Source of the DNA: Nitrospirota bacterium | Lineage (GTDB): Bacteria; JACPQY01 | NCBI GenBank assembly: GCA_016180645.1 | Contig: JACPAV010000002.1 | Coordinates: forward strand, 238,628-302,627 | Direction of reading: 5' to 3' | DNA: 64,000 bases | Notes under the pieces: model-generated | What the model saw: the letters and a program-made list of their open reading frames with translations, nothing else | Database searches by the model: none | Told to the model about the DNA's origin: nothing | Shown: piece after piece, positions 21,202 to 31,238 of the stretch | Numbering within the stretch: position 1 is the stretch's first letter | How the letters are laid out: every line of letters starts with the position of its first letter | Program-made: the position numbers and the translations under genes

Positions 21202-22173
21202 TCAGGTGGCCTGCAGGACCTTGAGCGGTTTGAGGAGCAGTTCACCCGGCCGCGCGGGAGGGATTTCATCCGCGGGGCTGGATCGCTCGGCTTCTGCCAC
21301 CACGGACAGATTGCCGTCGATATCACAGACTCTCATTCTTATTTTTTCTCCATTCTTGACCGGGACTATAGCACTTTTCTTGAAAAGCTTCACCGCATGT
21401 CCCGCCCGAAGAATTTCCAGTTCCTCCTCCTCGAGTTTCACGGCCGGAAGGAACGACAAGATATCCACCATCGCCACACCCTTTTGGAAAATCGCCGCCG
21501 GACCGCTGATGGCGTCCGCTGAAAGCGCAGCCTCCACCTTGTAAGGCCCCCACTTCGTCCGGCGAAGTTCCGACAAATGCGCTCCAACGCTCAACTTCTG
21601 GCCCAAATCCGACGCGAGCGCACGCACGTAGAATCCCTTGCCGCAGAGGACGCGCAATCGCGCGACGGGCGGCGTGTATTCCAGCACGTCAATCCGATGC
21701 ACCTCCACCTCATGATCCCTCTCGGGAACCTCTTCCCCCTCCCGGGCCAGTTGATAGAACGGCTTTCCCTGGTGTTTCGCCGCGGAAAACTTGGGGATGC
21801 GCTGCTTGATGGTTCCCTCGAACGTTTTCAGAACCTCGAGGAGGGTCTTTCGGTCCGGCCACGGGCCGTCCACTTTCTTCGTCACCTTTCCCGTCTTGTC
21901 CTGCGTATCCGTCTCCTCGCCCAGCTTCACCGTAGCGAGATACTCCTTCTCCAGATCGGAGAGGTAATCCGACAGCTTGGTGGCCTCCCCGAAAAGAGTG
22001 AGGAGAAGCCCCGTGGCGAAGGGATCGAGCGTTCCCGTGTGTCCGATCTTCTGATCGGGAATGGCCTGCTTCAGTCGCCGGATCACATCGTAGGACGTGA
22101 TGCCCTCCGTCTTGTCCACCAGAAGCAGACCATTCAGTTTCACTGCCGGGGGACGCTTCGGAGCCGATCTCAT
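21202..22173 (-). CDS. truB: tRNA pseudouridine(55) synthase
   Basis: [24 protein letters not shown]. Confidence 0.96.
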   Translation of the reverse strand: MRSAPKRPPAVKLNGLLLVDKTEGITSYDVIRRLKQAIPDQKIGHTGTLDPFATGLLLTLFGEATKLSDYLSDLEKEYLATVKLGEETDTQDKTGKVTKKVDGPWPDRKTLLEVLKTFEGTIKQRIPKFSAAKHQGKPFYQLAREGEEVPERDHEVEVHRIDVLEYTPPVARLRVLCGKGFYVRALASDLGQKLSVGAHLSELRRTKWGPYKVEAALSADAISGPAAIFQKGVAMVDILSFLPAVKLEEEELEILRAGHAVKLFKKSAIVPVKNGEKIRMRVCDIDGNLSVVAEAERSSPADEIPPARPGELLLKPLKVLQAT

Positions 22174-23282
22174 TTGTTCACCTCTTCCAAAACCTTCTCG
22201 ACTTCGGCGGTCAGCCGCCGCTCCGCTTCTTCCAAGTTCGCCTGGAGGGTGAGTCCGGCGGCGTTGCGGTGTCCGCCGCCGCCGAAGACCTGGGCTACAC
22301 GCGACACGTCCGCGCGATCCTTCGCCCTCAAAGATACCTTCACTTTGTCCGCGCCGTGTTCTTTCAGAAGGGCCGCGACCTCCACCCCATCCAGTTGCCT
22401 GATCATTTCCACAAAACCGTCGTTGTCCTCGAAAGTCGCCCCGCATTCCCGGAGCATGGCCTGTGTGACGTTCATGAGTCCAAGCCGGCCGCCCAGTTCC
22501 AGACGGAGAGTGTTCAGGGAATGGGCGAGCAGACGCCATTTCTTTTCGGGCACATGGTAGTGGAGACTCTCCGTGACGACCTCGGGTTTCACTCCGAGCG
22601 CCACCATCTCCGCCGCCACGCGAAGTGTTTCAGGCGTGGTGTTGGAATACTGGAACGAACCCGTATCGACGACCAGGGCCGCGAAAATATTCCACGCCAG
22701 CTCCGAAGTGATCTCGACGCCCAACGCTTTCAGCAGGTAGTAGACGACCTGCCCGGACGCGCTCGCGTCCGGGAGGATCAGGTTGTGGGTCCCGAACCGG
22801 GGGTTGGTCACGTGGTGGTCGATGTTCACCAACGGGGGTTTCGGCTCCGCGCCGAATCCGTCCCGGATCCGGTCCACGTCTCCGCAGTCGACGATGAAGA
22901 CGCCGTCGAAAATCTTGAAGGACGGGATGTCTGAAGTCAGAGACTCCCACCCCGGCAGGAACCTGAGATTCTGAGGGACCGGATCCCTGTTGTACGGCAC
23001 CACCTGCTTGCCCAATCGCTTGAGTCCCATCGCCAAGGCCAGCGTGGAAGCCAAGGCGTCGCCATCGGGGCCGACGTGAGAAGCCACGCTGAACTTTTTC
23101 CCCTTGTGGATGAAACGGACGATGGCATCGAGATCGGCTCGATGGGCCCCCAGATCCGTGCCCACGAAGGGCTTTGCGGCTGCCTTGCGCGTGGCGCCGA
23201 CCGCCGCCCGGCGCTGCGACCGCACCACAGGGCGAGCGTGCTGAGATCGTTTTTGAAGACGAGCCGCGGCCACGGAGATCAC
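22170..23282 (-). CDS. nrnA: DHH/DHHA1 oligoribonuclease-PAP phosphatase
   Basis: HVGPDGD, IDHH, DTGSF, GGGGHRNAAG. Confidence 0.92.
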   Translation of the reverse strand: MISVAAARLQKRSQHARPVVRSQRRAAVGATRKAAAKPFVGTDLGAHRADLDAIVRFIHKGKKFSVASHVGPDGDALASTLALAMGLKRLGKQVVPYNRDPVPQNLRFLPGWESLTSDIPSFKIFDGVFIVDCGDVDRIRDGFGAEPKPPLVNIDHHVTNPRFGTHNLILPDASASGQVVYYLLKALGVEITSELAWNIFAALVVDTGSFQYSNTTPETLRVAAEMVALGVKPEVVTESLHYHVPEKKWRLLAHSLNTLRLELGGRLGLMNVTQAMLRECGATFEDNDGFVEMIRQLDGVEVAALLKEHGADKVKVSLRAKDRADVSRVAQVFGGGGHRNAAGLTLQANLEEAERRLTAEVEKVLEEVNK

Positions 23283-23671
23283 TCTTCCTCGTCGTCACCC
23301 CTCGGGGGTGGTGAGGGGGGTGCAGCTTCGATTTGCCTGAACAGGTTTTCGATCCGGCTTGCGCGTTCCAAGGTGGCATCATACTCGAACTTGAAGCGGG
23401 GGATGACATGAATGTGCAGAACCTTTCCAAGATGGGTTCGGATGAAGGGCTCGGCACTGCGAAATCCCTTCGCGGCGTTGCGGATTCGATCCTCGTCTCC
23501 ATGGACCTGGAAGTACAGGACGGCTTCCCGGAGATCGCCGGTCAGTTCCACGCCGGTCACGGACACGTCCTCCAGTCGGGGGTCCTTCAATCCCTTGTGC
23601 AGGAGTTGAGCGACCTCTTTTTGGATGAGATCCCCCACGCGCACGGATCGTTTCACGCCGCCCCACTTCAT
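23279..23671 (-). CDS. rbfA: Ribosome-binding factor A
   Basis: KDPRL, IPRFKFEYD; operon position. Confidence 0.96.
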   Translation of the reverse strand: MKWGGVKRSVRVGDLIQKEVAQLLHKGLKDPRLEDVSVTGVELTGDLREAVLYFQVHGDEDRIRNAAKGFRSAEPFIRTHLGKVLHIHVIPRFKFEYDATLERASRIENLFRQIEAAPPSPPPRGDDEEE

Positions 23672-23686
23672 GCCGTTCCTCCGGAA

Positions 23687-23721
23687 CGCATTTGAGATCT
23701 CAGATTTGAAATTTCAGATTG
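23687..23721. repeat. Degenerate heptamer tandem repeat (AAATYTS on minus strand)
   Basis: CAATCTG AAATTTC AAATCTG AGATCTC AAATGCG. Confidence 0.7.
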
Positions 23722-23732
23722 AAGAAGAGTGG

Positions 23733-24020
23733 TCATGACAGATGAAAGAACTCCAAGTCCTGGCGGCACACCTGCACGTCTCCCCACGAATCGATCAGGC
23801 GGGGGATCTGGCTGAGCACGCTCTCGATCACGCGGCGATCGTTGGCCACCATCGTCACGCCGAGGCCGCTCCGCTGCCAGAGATCGTTGAATCCGGTCTC
23901 CGCAATCGAGACGTTGAATTGATTGCGCACGCGATCGATGATCTTTCGAAGCACATATCTTTTTTCCTTGAGCGATTGCCGGCCCGGGATGAAAAGATCC
24001 AGCGCCAGCACTCCCACCAC
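23733..24020 (-). CDS. DUF503 (YlxP) family protein
   Basis: SLKEKR...FNVSIAE...DLWQR; between infB and rbfA. Confidence 0.92.
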   Translation of the reverse strand: MVGVLALDLFIPGRQSLKEKRYVLRKIIDRVRNQFNVSIAETGFNDLWQRSGLGVTMVANDRRVIESVLSQIPRLIDSWGDVQVCRQDLEFFHLS

Positions 24021-24157
24021 AACCCTGTTTTCCTCCCGTTCGATTCGTCTGGGCATCCGTCCAACTCCCGTGGGCTGCAACTCTCCCACGCAATAATCTT
24101 ACCACATTCCCTCCACGATCCGCCCGAAACGACCCCCCAAAGGTCCGGCCCAGGATC

Positions 24158-26539
24158 TCAGGCGGCGACTTCTTCCTTGGTGTAAAACTCGAGAAGATCG
24201 CCCACTTTGATTCCCTCGTAGTTGGCGATGGCGATGCCGCACTCCAAGCCGGCGGGCACTTCGCGCGCATCGTCCTTGAACCGTTTCAACGAGCCGAGTT
24301 TCCCTTCGTGAACCATCGCGTTCTCCCGCACGACCCGCGCAAAGGCGTTCCGGTTGACCTTCCCGTCCTTCACGAAGCATCCGGCGATCACGCCGGCGGT
24401 GGAAAGTTTGAACACCTGGCGAACCTCCGCGTGGCCGATGACCTCGATGCGGTGAACCGGCGAGAGCTCCTCTTTCATCAAGGACGTCATTTTTTCCAGC
24501 AGCTCGTAGATGATGTTAAAATTCAGTATTTCGACCTTTTCCTTCTCGGCTGCCTGGAGCGCCTGCATGTCCGTCCGAACATTGAATCCGACGACCAGGG
24601 CCTTCGATGCGGAGGCCAACATGATATCGCTGGTCGAAATGTTCCCGACCGCCGATCGAATGATGTTCAGCGTCACTTTTTCGGTTCCGCCGGCTTGCTC
24701 CAATGCGGCCATCGATTTTCGAACGGCCTCCATGGATCCCTGCACGTCCGTTTTCAGAATCACGCCCAACTGTTTCTTGCTTCCGTCCCTGGCCTGGATG
24801 AGCATCTCCTGAACAGACATGCGGATGCCCATCTTTTGAGCTTCCGCCTCCCTCAGTTTCTGTCCGCGCACCGCGACGATGTCCGCCGCCTTGCGCTCAT
24901 CGTCCAACACGAGGAGCGTGTCGCCCGGCACCGGCACGCCGCTCAGGCCGACGATCTCGATGGCGGTGGAAGGACCGGCCTCCTTCAGGCGTTCCCCGTG
25001 TTCATTCGACATGGCCCGGAGGCGGCCGTAGGTGGCTCCGCAGAGCATCACATCCCCGGTCTTGAGCTTGCCCTGCTGAACCAGAACGGTGGCCACAGGT
25101 CCCTGCGTCTTGTCCAACTTCGATTCGATGATCGTGCCTTTGGCAGGCCCCTCGAAAGTGGATTTCAATTCCAACACATCCGATTGGAGAAGAATTTTTT
25201 CCAGCAGGTCGTCCAACCCCATCCCGGTCTTGGCCGAGACATGCGCGTAGAGCGTATCACCGCCCCACTCTTCCGGATTCAACCCTTTTTCCGCCAGTTG
25301 CTGCATCACCCGCCGGGGATTGCAGTCGGGCTTGTCCATTTTGTTGAGCGCCACGATCAGCGACACCCCGGCGGCCTTGGCGTGGTCGACCGCCTCGAAC
25401 GTTTGGGGCATGGCGCCATCATCCCCGGCCACCACCAGGATGACAAGATCCGTCACCTTCGCGCCCCGCGCGCGCATTTCGGTGAAAGCTTCATGGCCCG
25501 GCGTGTCGAGGAACGCGATCGTTTTCCCTTTGAGTTGCACCTGGTAGGCGCCGATATGTTGGGTGATTCCTCCCGCCTCCTTCTCCGCCACATTCGTTTT
25601 CCGGATCGCATCCAGGAGCGACGTCTTCCCGTGGTCGACATGCCCCATGATCGTGACCACCGGGGCCCGGGGTTTCGGCTCGCCCACCACCGCAATTTCG
25701 GGGTCCGCGAGTCCGGGTTCCTGCGGCGCCGTATTCTCAATTTCGAATCCGAACTCCTGGGCGACCAGCCCGGCCGCGTCCGCGTCGATCGATTGATTCA
25801 AACTCGTAAACTTGACCCCCAAGCCCATCAGTTTCTTGATCACCTCGTTCGCCTTGAGGCTCATGCGTTTCGCCAGTTCGGTGATGGGAATGGATCCGCT
25901 GATCCGGATTCGCCGTTTGATCGCTTTCGGAGTGGTGATCGCCGTCTTCTGATACTGACGCGCCACAGGCGCTTCGCGACGCACAGGCGATGCCTTAGGT
26001 GTGTGGACCACCATGACTTCTTCCTTGATCACGCGCTGAAGATCCCTCGGCCGGTCTACCTTGGGAATGGGCTTTTCAGGGGCCTTCTTGCCCTTGTCCG
26101 CTATAAGCGGTCGGAGCCCGATTTCACCCGCCGGTTTCGGGGCTGCACCCCCCGCCTGGACGGCCGGCTTGGGCGCGCCTTTGGCCGCCTCCGTCGGGGC
26201 GGCCGGTTTGGGTGCGGGCGTGGCGCTGGATGGAGGCTGACCTGGGGCTGCCGGAGTGGCTCCCGCCGGAGTGACGATCGGCGGGGCGGCTTCGACTTCG
26301 ACCGTACCCGCTGCCGGAGCGGCGGCCGTCGGTTCCGCGGACGCCGGGGCGGCGACCTGGCGAACGATCGAGAATTTCCTGCCCTTCGGCTTGGAAAACT
26401 TGTCCCGAACTTTCTGCGCCACCTCGTCGTTCAGATTCTTGGTGGAACTCTTGGCCACGATGCCGAGCTCACCGAGGAATTTGATGATGTCCTTGGAATC
26501 GACCTTGAGGTCCTGTGCCAGCTCTGAAATTTTCGGCAT
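24158..26539 (-). CDS. infB: Translation initiation factor IF-2
   Basis: [35 protein letters not shown]. Confidence 0.99.
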   Translation of the reverse strand: MPKISELAQDLKVDSKDIIKFLGELGIVAKSSTKNLNDEVAQKVRDKFSKPKGRKFSIVRQVAAPASAEPTAAAPAAGTVEVEAAPPIVTPAGATPAAPGQPPSSATPAPKPAAPTEAAKGAPKPAVQAGGAAPKPAGEIGLRPLIADKGKKAPEKPIPKVDRPRDLQRVIKEEVMVVHTPKASPVRREAPVARQYQKTAITTPKAIKRRIRISGSIPITELAKRMSLKANEVIKKLMGLGVKFTSLNQSIDADAAGLVAQEFGFEIENTAPQEPGLADPEIAVVGEPKPRAPVVTIMGHVDHGKTSLLDAIRKTNVAEKEAGGITQHIGAYQVQLKGKTIAFLDTPGHEAFTEMRARGAKVTDLVILVVAGDDGAMPQTFEAVDHAKAAGVSLIVALNKMDKPDCNPRRVMQQLAEKGLNPEEWGGDTLYAHVSAKTGMGLDDLLEKILLQSDVLELKSTFEGPAKGTIIESKLDKTQGPVATVLVQQGKLKTGDVMLCGATYGRLRAMSNEHGERLKEAGPSTAIEIVGLSGVPVPGDTLLVLDDERKAADIVAVRGQKLREAEAQKMGIRMSVQEMLIQARDGSKKQLGVILKTDVQGSMEAVRKSMAALEQAGGTEKVTLNIIRSAVGNISTSDIMLASASKALVVGFNVRTDMQALQAAEKEKVEILNFNIIYELLEKMTSLMKEELSPVHRIEVIGHAEVRQVFKLSTAGVIAGCFVKDGKVNRNAFARVVRENAMVHEGKLGSLKRFKDDAREVPAGLECGIAIANYEGIKVGDLLEFYTKEEVAA

Positions 26540-26564
26540 GGGGTGGGGTTGAAGCGGGGACCCG

Positions 26565-27836
26565 CTATTCGCTCTTGCGAAGCGCGCGGCGGGATTCCAG
26601 AAGCGCCTGGGCACTCTGCCGGATGGGCTCGGCCACCGCGGCCTCGACGCCCAGCGTTTCCGACAGCTCGGGAACCGGCATGGTCGAAATATCCTCGATC
26701 GAGTAGACCCCCTCCTTGTAGAGCTGCTCGGAAAGATCCTCCGTGACGCCGCTGACCTGCATGAGGGCTTTCTTCACCTGGTCTTTCAGTTTCTGCACTT
26801 CCGACTCGGATCGGATATCCAGATTCCATCCCGTCAACTCCACCGCCAGCTTGACGTTCTGGCCCTTCTTCCCGATGGCGACGGAGAGTTGATCATCCGA
26901 TACCACGATTTCCATCTGCCGGGCGTCCTCATCGATGATCACGCTCTTGATCTTCGCCGGGGACAGCGCGTTGCAAACGAACATGATCGGGTCTTCGCTG
27001 AACGGGACGATGTCGATCTTCTCCCCGCTCAGATCCTGCACAATGGCCTGAACGCGCGATCCCTTCGCGCCGATGAATGCGCCGACCGGATCCACTCTCT
27101 TGTCGTTGGACGAGACCGCCACCTTGGCCCTCCAGCCGGGCTCGCGGGCCACGGCAACCACTTTCACCAGGCCCTCACCGACTTCCGGGACTTCATTCTC
27201 GAACAGCTTGATCAGAAACCCCGCCGCACGTCGCGACAGGATCAGTTGATGGCCCGCATGATGGTTGATGACGTCCAGTATGAAGCACCGGACCGTGCTC
27301 CCTACCTTGTATCGTTCCTTCGGAATCTGCTCTTTCTCTGGGAACAGCGCCTCGGTTCGGCCGATATCGACGATGATGTCCCCCCGTTCGAAACGCCTGA
27401 CCACACCGACGATGACGTCGCCCTTCCGGTCTTTGAATTCGTTGTAGACGTTCGCCCGCTCGATCTCGCGCAGTTTCCGGGAAATGAGTTGAAGCACGTT
27501 GCGGGCAAACACGCGGTCCAGCTCGCGCGTATCGAACCGTTCGCAGAAGAGATCCCCGATGGCGATGTTTTCCTCACCCGATTTTTCACGGGCCTCAGTC
27601 AGGGCGATCTCCCCGACCGTCACCGGCTCAACCCCTTCCACCACTTTCTTGTACTCAAGAATCTCAAGAGTGTCGGTTTCGAGGTCGTACGTGGTCTTGA
27701 TCTCCACCTTGGGGCCGAATTTCTTCTTGGCCGCCTCCTCCACGGTAGAGACCACAAGCTCGCGGATCAGGGCTTGGTCGATCCCCTTCTCCCGGGAAAT
27801 CTCATCGATGACTTGTTTCAGTTTCAGTTCGTACAT
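26565..27836 (-). CDS. nusA: Transcription termination/antitermination factor NusA
   Basis: AREPG, DPVGAFIG, IGKKGQNVKLA; S1/KH and C-terminal HhH. Confidence 0.97.
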   Translation of the reverse strand: MYELKLKQVIDEISREKGIDQALIRELVVSTVEEAAKKKFGPKVEIKTTYDLETDTLEILEYKKVVEGVEPVTVGEIALTEAREKSGEENIAIGDLFCERFDTRELDRVFARNVLQLISRKLREIERANVYNEFKDRKGDVIVGVVRRFERGDIIVDIGRTEALFPEKEQIPKERYKVGSTVRCFILDVINHHAGHQLILSRRAAGFLIKLFENEVPEVGEGLVKVVAVAREPGWRAKVAVSSNDKRVDPVGAFIGAKGSRVQAIVQDLSGEKIDIVPFSEDPIMFVCNALSPAKIKSVIIDEDARQMEIVVSDDQLSVAIGKKGQNVKLAVELTGWNLDIRSESEVQKLKDQVKKALMQVSGVTEDLSEQLYKEGVYSIEDISTMPVPELSETLGVEAAVAEPIRQSAQALLESRRALRKSE

Positions 27837-28039
27837 TTTTGTGCAAACGGCGAATCTAGCACATCTTGCTTTGAAACGGAAGATCTTTCCAATTTCGTTT
27901 AGGTATGAGGCGTCACACCCCCGGCAACATGGTGACAGATTTTCCCCTCCTGTCGTAACTGCGGACAGCCCCGGCCACGTCAATCTGACGGGAGTCTTGT
28001 CAGTATATTGAAATTCCTGTATCACACACGCACGTCATT

Positions 28040-28055
28040 TGGCACCTGAATTGCT
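28040..28055 (+). promoter_or_regulatory. Sigma-54 -24/-12 promoter
   Basis: TGGCAC-CTGAA-TTGCT consensus match; upstream palindromes TGTC-N9-GACA (27951-27967) and CGTCA-N3-TGACG (27978-27990). Confidence 0.8.
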
Positions 28056-28065
28056 CACTAAGTAG

Positions 28066-28170
28066 GTGGCGATCCAAGGTGGGGAAAGCACGAAGGCCAT
28101 GCAGGCCGAACTGTCCCGGAGAGCCGGTGGGGTTGTGAAGCCCGATAAACGGGTCGAACTTCCCAAAGGA
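28066..28170 (+). ncRNA. Candidate structured 5' leader / cis-regulatory RNA of unknown class
   Basis: Starts at the predicted sigma-54 TSS; several hairpins, two similar GAAG-stem-loop-CGAACT modules; ends at the SD AAGGAGG. Confidence 0.45.
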
Positions 28171-28178
28171 GGTTAGTT

Positions 28179-28709
28179 ATGGGGACCATGCAACGACCTG
28201 AGAAAAGCACGTCCGATGTGATCGGAAGCCGGAGGGGTCTGCGCCTTCTGAAGCGCTGGGAGGTCGTCGAGCTGATCAACTGGTGTCAGCGGCAGGACGA
28301 GGAGGACCTCCTTCATCTCCAGGTCAGCGAGCGCGGCCCGGATACCATCGCCATCGAGGCCACGGATGACCGTGTGTCATCGACACTGGTGGTCGATTGG
28401 CAGTCGGGCAAGGCGAACATCGAGACGGAGCAGATGACCCGGCGGGACAGCACGAAGTTCTGGGCCGAAATTCTCTGCCAGGCCTTGGACGGCAAGATCG
28501 AGAAGGCGATTCACCGCGGCTATTTCCGGTGCACCATCTGCAAGGAAACGATCTGGCTCTCCGGACCGCTTGATATCCGGGAACACCTGACTCAACACAA
28601 GATTCCCGTGGAGCAGGTCATGGTGGGCGAAGGAATCTCCCTCAAGGTCGGTGAGAAGACGGTTGATCTGGACAGCTTCCTGGTCGGCGAAGATACGCCG
28701 ATTCAGTAG
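28179..28709 (+). CDS. Hypothetical protein with C2H2-type zinc-finger motif
   Basis: Strong SD; FRCTIC-x14-HLTQH. Confidence 0.75.
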   Translation: MGTMQRPEKSTSDVIGSRRGLRLLKRWEVVELINWCQRQDEEDLLHLQVSERGPDTIAIEATDDRVSSTLVVDWQSGKANIETEQMTRRDSTKFWAEILCQALDGKIEKAIHRGYFRCTICKETIWLSGPLDIREHLTQHKIPVEQVMVGEGISLKVGEKTVDLDSFLVGEDTPIQ

Positions 28710-28733
28710 GAATACGTCCGGAAACTACCTATC

Positions 28734-28792
28734 GTAGGGGAGGACCTTCAGGTCCTCCCAAGAGGAGGGAGCAGCCAAGGCTGCTCCCCTAC
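28734..28792. repeat. GTAG-family REP doublet
   Basis: GTAGGGGAGGACCTTCAGGTCCTCCC...GGGAGCAGCCAAGGCTGCTCCCCTAC. Confidence 0.85.
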
Positions 28793-28827
28793 CAAGATAG
28801 GATTACCGGCCAAGCTGCTCCCTTAAG

Positions 28828-29373
28828 CTATTTCTTTTTCGCTGATCCCTTTCCCGGCTCCGATAGGAGTTTCTCCAGCCCACGGTTCACGGCCAGCAGG
28901 TTTGGCTTGATCAGAACGAAGATAAATTTCTCGACCTGCGGCTGAATCGTCCGCGCCAGCAGACGGGGCACCCGCGGATGCTTCGTGGCATCAATCGTAA
29001 ATTCCCCCGATAGGCAGACTTTCGTCTTCCCTTTTTCGTCGAAGAACTCATTCTTCCCGCTGGCCTGAACGTAGTCGTCCAAGCCGGGGATTTCGAATCG
29101 CCACGCCACCCTGTGCGCGTCATCGTCCCAGTCGGCGTGGTCCAGCCACATCACCTGATCGAGCCCGATGATCTTCCGGACGACACCCGGGACCTGCGTG
29201 CGCGCGGTCCACCGATTGACGAGCCGGAGTCTTTTCCCCTTGCGCTCTTTCTCCAGAATTTCGATGGACTTGACGTCGGGCAGGTACGGGACCAACGAGA
29301 CGAGCTTGTCCCGGTAGGTGGGGTAGACCGATTCGAAGGGGTGATGGATCTCGTCTTCGATGGAGAATTTCAT
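28828..29373 (-). CDS. SRPBCC/START-like (DUF2505-like) protein
   Basis: Lipid-binding helix-grip-like pattern; TTGACT-N16-TATAAT promoter at 29415-29388. Confidence 0.65.
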   Translation of the reverse strand: MKFSIEDEIHHPFESVYPTYRDKLVSLVPYLPDVKSIEILEKERKGKRLRLVNRWTARTQVPGVVRKIIGLDQVMWLDHADWDDDAHRVAWRFEIPGLDDYVQASGKNEFFDEKGKTKVCLSGEFTIDATKHPRVPRLLARTIQPQVEKFIFVLIKPNLLAVNRGLEKLLSEPGKGSAKKK

Positions 29374-29454
29374 TTCGTCAGGTCAAGATTATAGGTGCCC
29401 CTAGCGCGAAGTCAAAGAGAATCCCCCGGCCGCGCAGCCGACAGAATGCCCTGC

Positions 29455-29513
29455 GTAGGGGAGCATCTTCAGATGCTCCCTCTTGTCGGGAGGGTCTGAA
29501 GACCCTCCCCTAC
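29455..29513. repeat. GTAG-family REP doublet
   Basis: Reverse complement of the copy at 57640. Confidence 0.88.
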
Positions 29514-29560
29514 ACCTCCTGCTCGTCGAACCATGAGCGTGGCGCTTATCATCGGACGCT

Positions 29561-31069
29561 TCAGCCGTGATATGCCACCTCGCCGTGTTCGGCCAAATCC
29601 AGGCCCTGCGTCTCCACTTCGGGCGCCGGCCGAAGCCCCAGGGTGTGCTTCAGCAGAAGGGCAATGACGGTCGTTCCGACAACCGCCATGGCCAGTGTGA
29701 GGCCAATGGCCTTCAACTGCTCCAACCAGAGCGTGTGGCCGACGATGCCGTGAAGGTTTGTGATTAGGTTGGCGTTGACGTCCTCCGTTGCGAGGATTCC
29801 CGTGAGGAACGCGCCCAGCGTTCCGCCGACGGCGTGGACGCCGAAGGTGTCGAGCGCGTCATCGTAGCCGAGCCATCCCTTGATCTTGTAGCAGGCGAAG
29901 AAAGGAACGAGACCCGCGAGAATCCCGACGATAACGGCCGAACCGGGCGATACAAATCCGCAGGCCGGCGTGATGACCACGAGTCCCGCCACCGCGCCCG
30001 AGCAGAAACCGAGGATGCTCGGTTTGCCGCGAAGCAGATACTCGGCCATGGCCCACGTGAAGGAGGCGACGGCCGTGGCGATTGTCGTGGTGGTGAAGGC
30101 GTTTGCGGCCACCCCGTCCGCGGCGACGGCGCTCCCCGCGTTGAACCCGTACCAGCCCACCCACAGCATGCCCGTGCCGATCATGCAGAGAACCATGCTG
30201 TGCGGCGGCATCGGCTCCTTGCCGAAGTTGAGGCGTTTGCCAAGGATGAGGCACAGGATGAGCGCGGACCAGCCGGAAGACATGTGGACCACGGTTCCGC
30301 CGGCGAAGTCGATGGCCTTGATCTTTGCCTCTGCGTTCCACACCCCGTTCATCAGGCCGGAAATGCCCCAGACCATGTGGGCGAGGGGAAAGTAAACAAC
30401 GAGCATCCAAATGGTCACGAAAAGAATGATCGCCGAGAATTTCATACGTTCGGCGATGGCCCCGATGATGAGCGCCGGAGTGATGATCGCAAACATCATC
30501 TGATACATGGCGAAAACATTGTGGGAAACCCAATACGCGTAATTCGCGTTCGGATTCGAGTCGACCCCTTTGAGGAAAGCGTGCTGGAGGCTGCCGAAAA
30601 TCGAGCCGCCGGGCGCGAAGACGAGGCTGTAGCCGACGGCCCACCACAGGATCGTGACGAGTCCCGCGATGCCAAGGCATTGCGCGAGAACGGAGAGGAC
30701 GTTCTTGCTGCGAACGAGGCCGCCGTAGAAGAGGGCCAACCCCGGCAGAGTCATGAACAGAACGAGCGCAGCGGCCGTCATCATCCAGCCGTTGTGGCCG
30801 GGCCCGGCGCCGCCGACCTTTGAAGCCACGCCTACGCCGGGGACATCGGCCCCTCGGGCGGTATTGTTGATGTACGCTTCGAGGTCCGCCACGCGCTGAT
30901 CGAGGCTGGGTTCAATCAGCGATCCCGGTGCGGGCGCAGCCGCCACCGGGAGTTCGGCCTGTGCGATGCCGGGGGTAGCGCCGGCCACCGAATCCTCGGC
31001 ATTCGACCGAGCGGCGAATCCGAGAAGAAAGAGGATTCCAAGAAAAACCATCCTGCTCAGATGGACCAT
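29561..31069 (-). CDS. amtB: Ammonium transporter
   Basis: PGLALFYGG, DFAGGTVVH, WYGFNAGS, DDALDTFGVH. Confidence 0.97.
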   Translation of the reverse strand: MVHLSRMVFLGILFLLGFAARSNAEDSVAGATPGIAQAELPVAAAPAPGSLIEPSLDQRVADLEAYINNTARGADVPGVGVASKVGGAGPGHNGWMMTAAALVLFMTLPGLALFYGGLVRSKNVLSVLAQCLGIAGLVTILWWAVGYSLVFAPGGSIFGSLQHAFLKGVDSNPNANYAYWVSHNVFAMYQMMFAIITPALIIGAIAERMKFSAIILFVTIWMLVVYFPLAHMVWGISGLMNGVWNAEAKIKAIDFAGGTVVHMSSGWSALILCLILGKRLNFGKEPMPPHSMVLCMIGTGMLWVGWYGFNAGSAVAADGVAANAFTTTTIATAVASFTWAMAEYLLRGKPSILGFCSGAVAGLVVITPACGFVSPGSAVIVGILAGLVPFFACYKIKGWLGYDDALDTFGVHAVGGTLGAFLTGILATEDVNANLITNLHGIVGHTLWLEQLKAIGLTLAMAVVGTTVIALLLKHTLGLRPAPEVETQGLDLAEHGEVAYHG

Positions 31070-31108
31070 GTGTCACCTCCTGCTCATCTCTGAGCCCTGT
31101 CAGACCGA

Positions 31109-31167
31109 GTAGGGGAGGGTCTTCAGACCTTCCCGGCGAGAGGGAGCATCTGGAGATGCTCCCCTAC
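31109..31167. repeat. GTAG-family REP doublet
   Basis: GTAGGGGAGGGTCTTCAGACC...GGGAGCATCTGGAGATGCTCCCCTAC. Confidence 0.88.
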
Positions 31168-31177
31168 GCATCAATGC

Positions 31178-31215
31178 GAAAGGCGACGGCCCCCGAACGC
31201 CGGGGGCCATCGCCA
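31178..31215 (-). terminator. Candidate intrinsic terminator between the two amt genes
   Basis: GGCGATGGCCCCCG-loop-CGGGGGCCGTCGCC followed by a short TTTC. Confidence 0.55.
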
Positions 31216-31238
31216 GTCTTCGTTCCTTGAAGGAGGAC

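Noticed and set aside
24308-26527. 739-aa plus-strand ORF and similar long ORFs (3112-4491, 19656-20918, 34179-35477, 56200-57585, 62475-63998)
   Set aside because: Antisense shadows of well-supported genes, expected at high GC with biased codons
28066-28170. Calling the leader a canonical c-di-GMP-I, ZTP or c-di-AMP riboswitch
   Set aside because: Diagnostic core sequences were not found; kept as unknown class
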